Positions 63,007-64,000 of a stretch of 64,000 bases of DNA are shown here, one piece after another; positions within the stretch are counted from its first letter, which is position 1; each line of letters opens with the position of its first letter. The stretch lies in the NCBI GenBank assembly GCA_053919585.1, contig CM132790.1. One strand, given 5' to 3'. The notes beneath the pieces were generated by a model, which worked only from the letters and a program-made list of their open reading frames with translations, was not told the origin of the DNA and did not search any database. Origin of the DNA: Euprymna scolopes (Eukaryota). The translations under genes were made by a program, and so were the position numbers.

Positions 63007-64000
63007 CAGAAAATGTAGCATAATCTTGACATAGATTGAATATAGGATATATATGACTGATTTTAACATGGATGTCGACGGTAACAAGTCATCCATTTGA
63101 TACACACTTTCAACCCCTTTTCATATGCTCATCTTTCTGTATGTTCTCTATATATATATATCTGCCACCCTCTTTTCCCCTTCGTTTCATTGAAACTTAT
63201 CTCTTGTCAACTCTTTTTATAAGTCACATGACAAAAACTATATGAAAACAAAAGACATTTTATTCGTAATTTTAATGAACAACACTGTCCTCTCTACTTC
63301 CCTGGGCTTTCATAACAGGAAATGCAATGGTTAAACTACTTCAGCTAAAAGTAATTCGTATGCTATTAAAATGAAGACAGGGTCGCATTGGAGGAGATAT
63401 TTCCGTTCATCTTTATTTACGAGCGGATGCAACACTTTTAATGCAAGTGTAGGCCGACTTCAAATTCAGACAAATGAACAGAATTAACTATTTTCAGGTC
63501 AAGATATCATTCATCTACGGTCACCGATTTCACAATTTTGTTTCTTTTATTTTATAAAACTAATTTCTATAATTGCGACATTGGCCCTTTTTTAAGAAGC
63601 ATGTCTGAAAAGAACTGGGACTGATATCATAAACAATTTATTTTAATTTCAAACTGGGTACATTTGTTCTACAAAGAAAATCTTTGGATTGTAGTTGTCC
63701 ATTGTATTTTTTTTATCCCTCACAAAGAGTTGTTACAATTCTCATAAACAACATTTCTGTGTAGAGGCAATGAAATATGAGGCGATGGTCCTAGTCATCT
63801 AAACTGGGTGTACATCTAATCATATTCAAACTATCGACATTTCCCATGAGTAAGACATGCACATCTTCAAAACAAGTTGATTTCATGGTGTCCTTGAACT
63901 TGCAAAAGAAGAACAAAACAAAAAACGAAATAAGAGTGATATAAATAGGGACGTATTTCCACCATAGCGATATTCTGATCGGCTGGAAGGTCCAAATACT

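Overview
AT-rich, repeat-dominated animal genomic DNA with seven ~140-160 nt N gaps. The mix of repeat families resembles a coleoid cephalopod (octopus-like); that assignment is my inference from memory. No intact host protein-coding gene can be supported. The window is a stack of degraded transposons: several Ty3/Gypsy LTR remnants, a near full-length RTE LINE, a Dong/R4-type RLE LINE, six pieces of one Jockey/CR1-like LINE, a Penelope GIY-YIG remnant, non-autonomous Helitrons (one tandem array, one inverted pair), a long-TIR MITE, mariner remnants, and tRNA- and 5S-derived SINE-like sequences. It also holds a nearly perfect 31 x 60-bp array, a 38-bp minisatellite and many microsatellites. 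Two highlights. (1) A fossil env-bearing Gypsy element (15.7-20.8 kb): LTR, PBS, gag, integrase, then a class I fusion-like ORF with an apparently CpG-decayed furin site, fusion peptide and heptad repeat, interrupted by a SINE whose removal restores the frame. (2) Three unrelated hammerhead-ribozyme-bearing repeat types, including a 254-nt retrozyme-like unit with Pol III-like boxes (22.6-22.9 kb). All family assignments come from hand translation and remembered motifs, not database searches.
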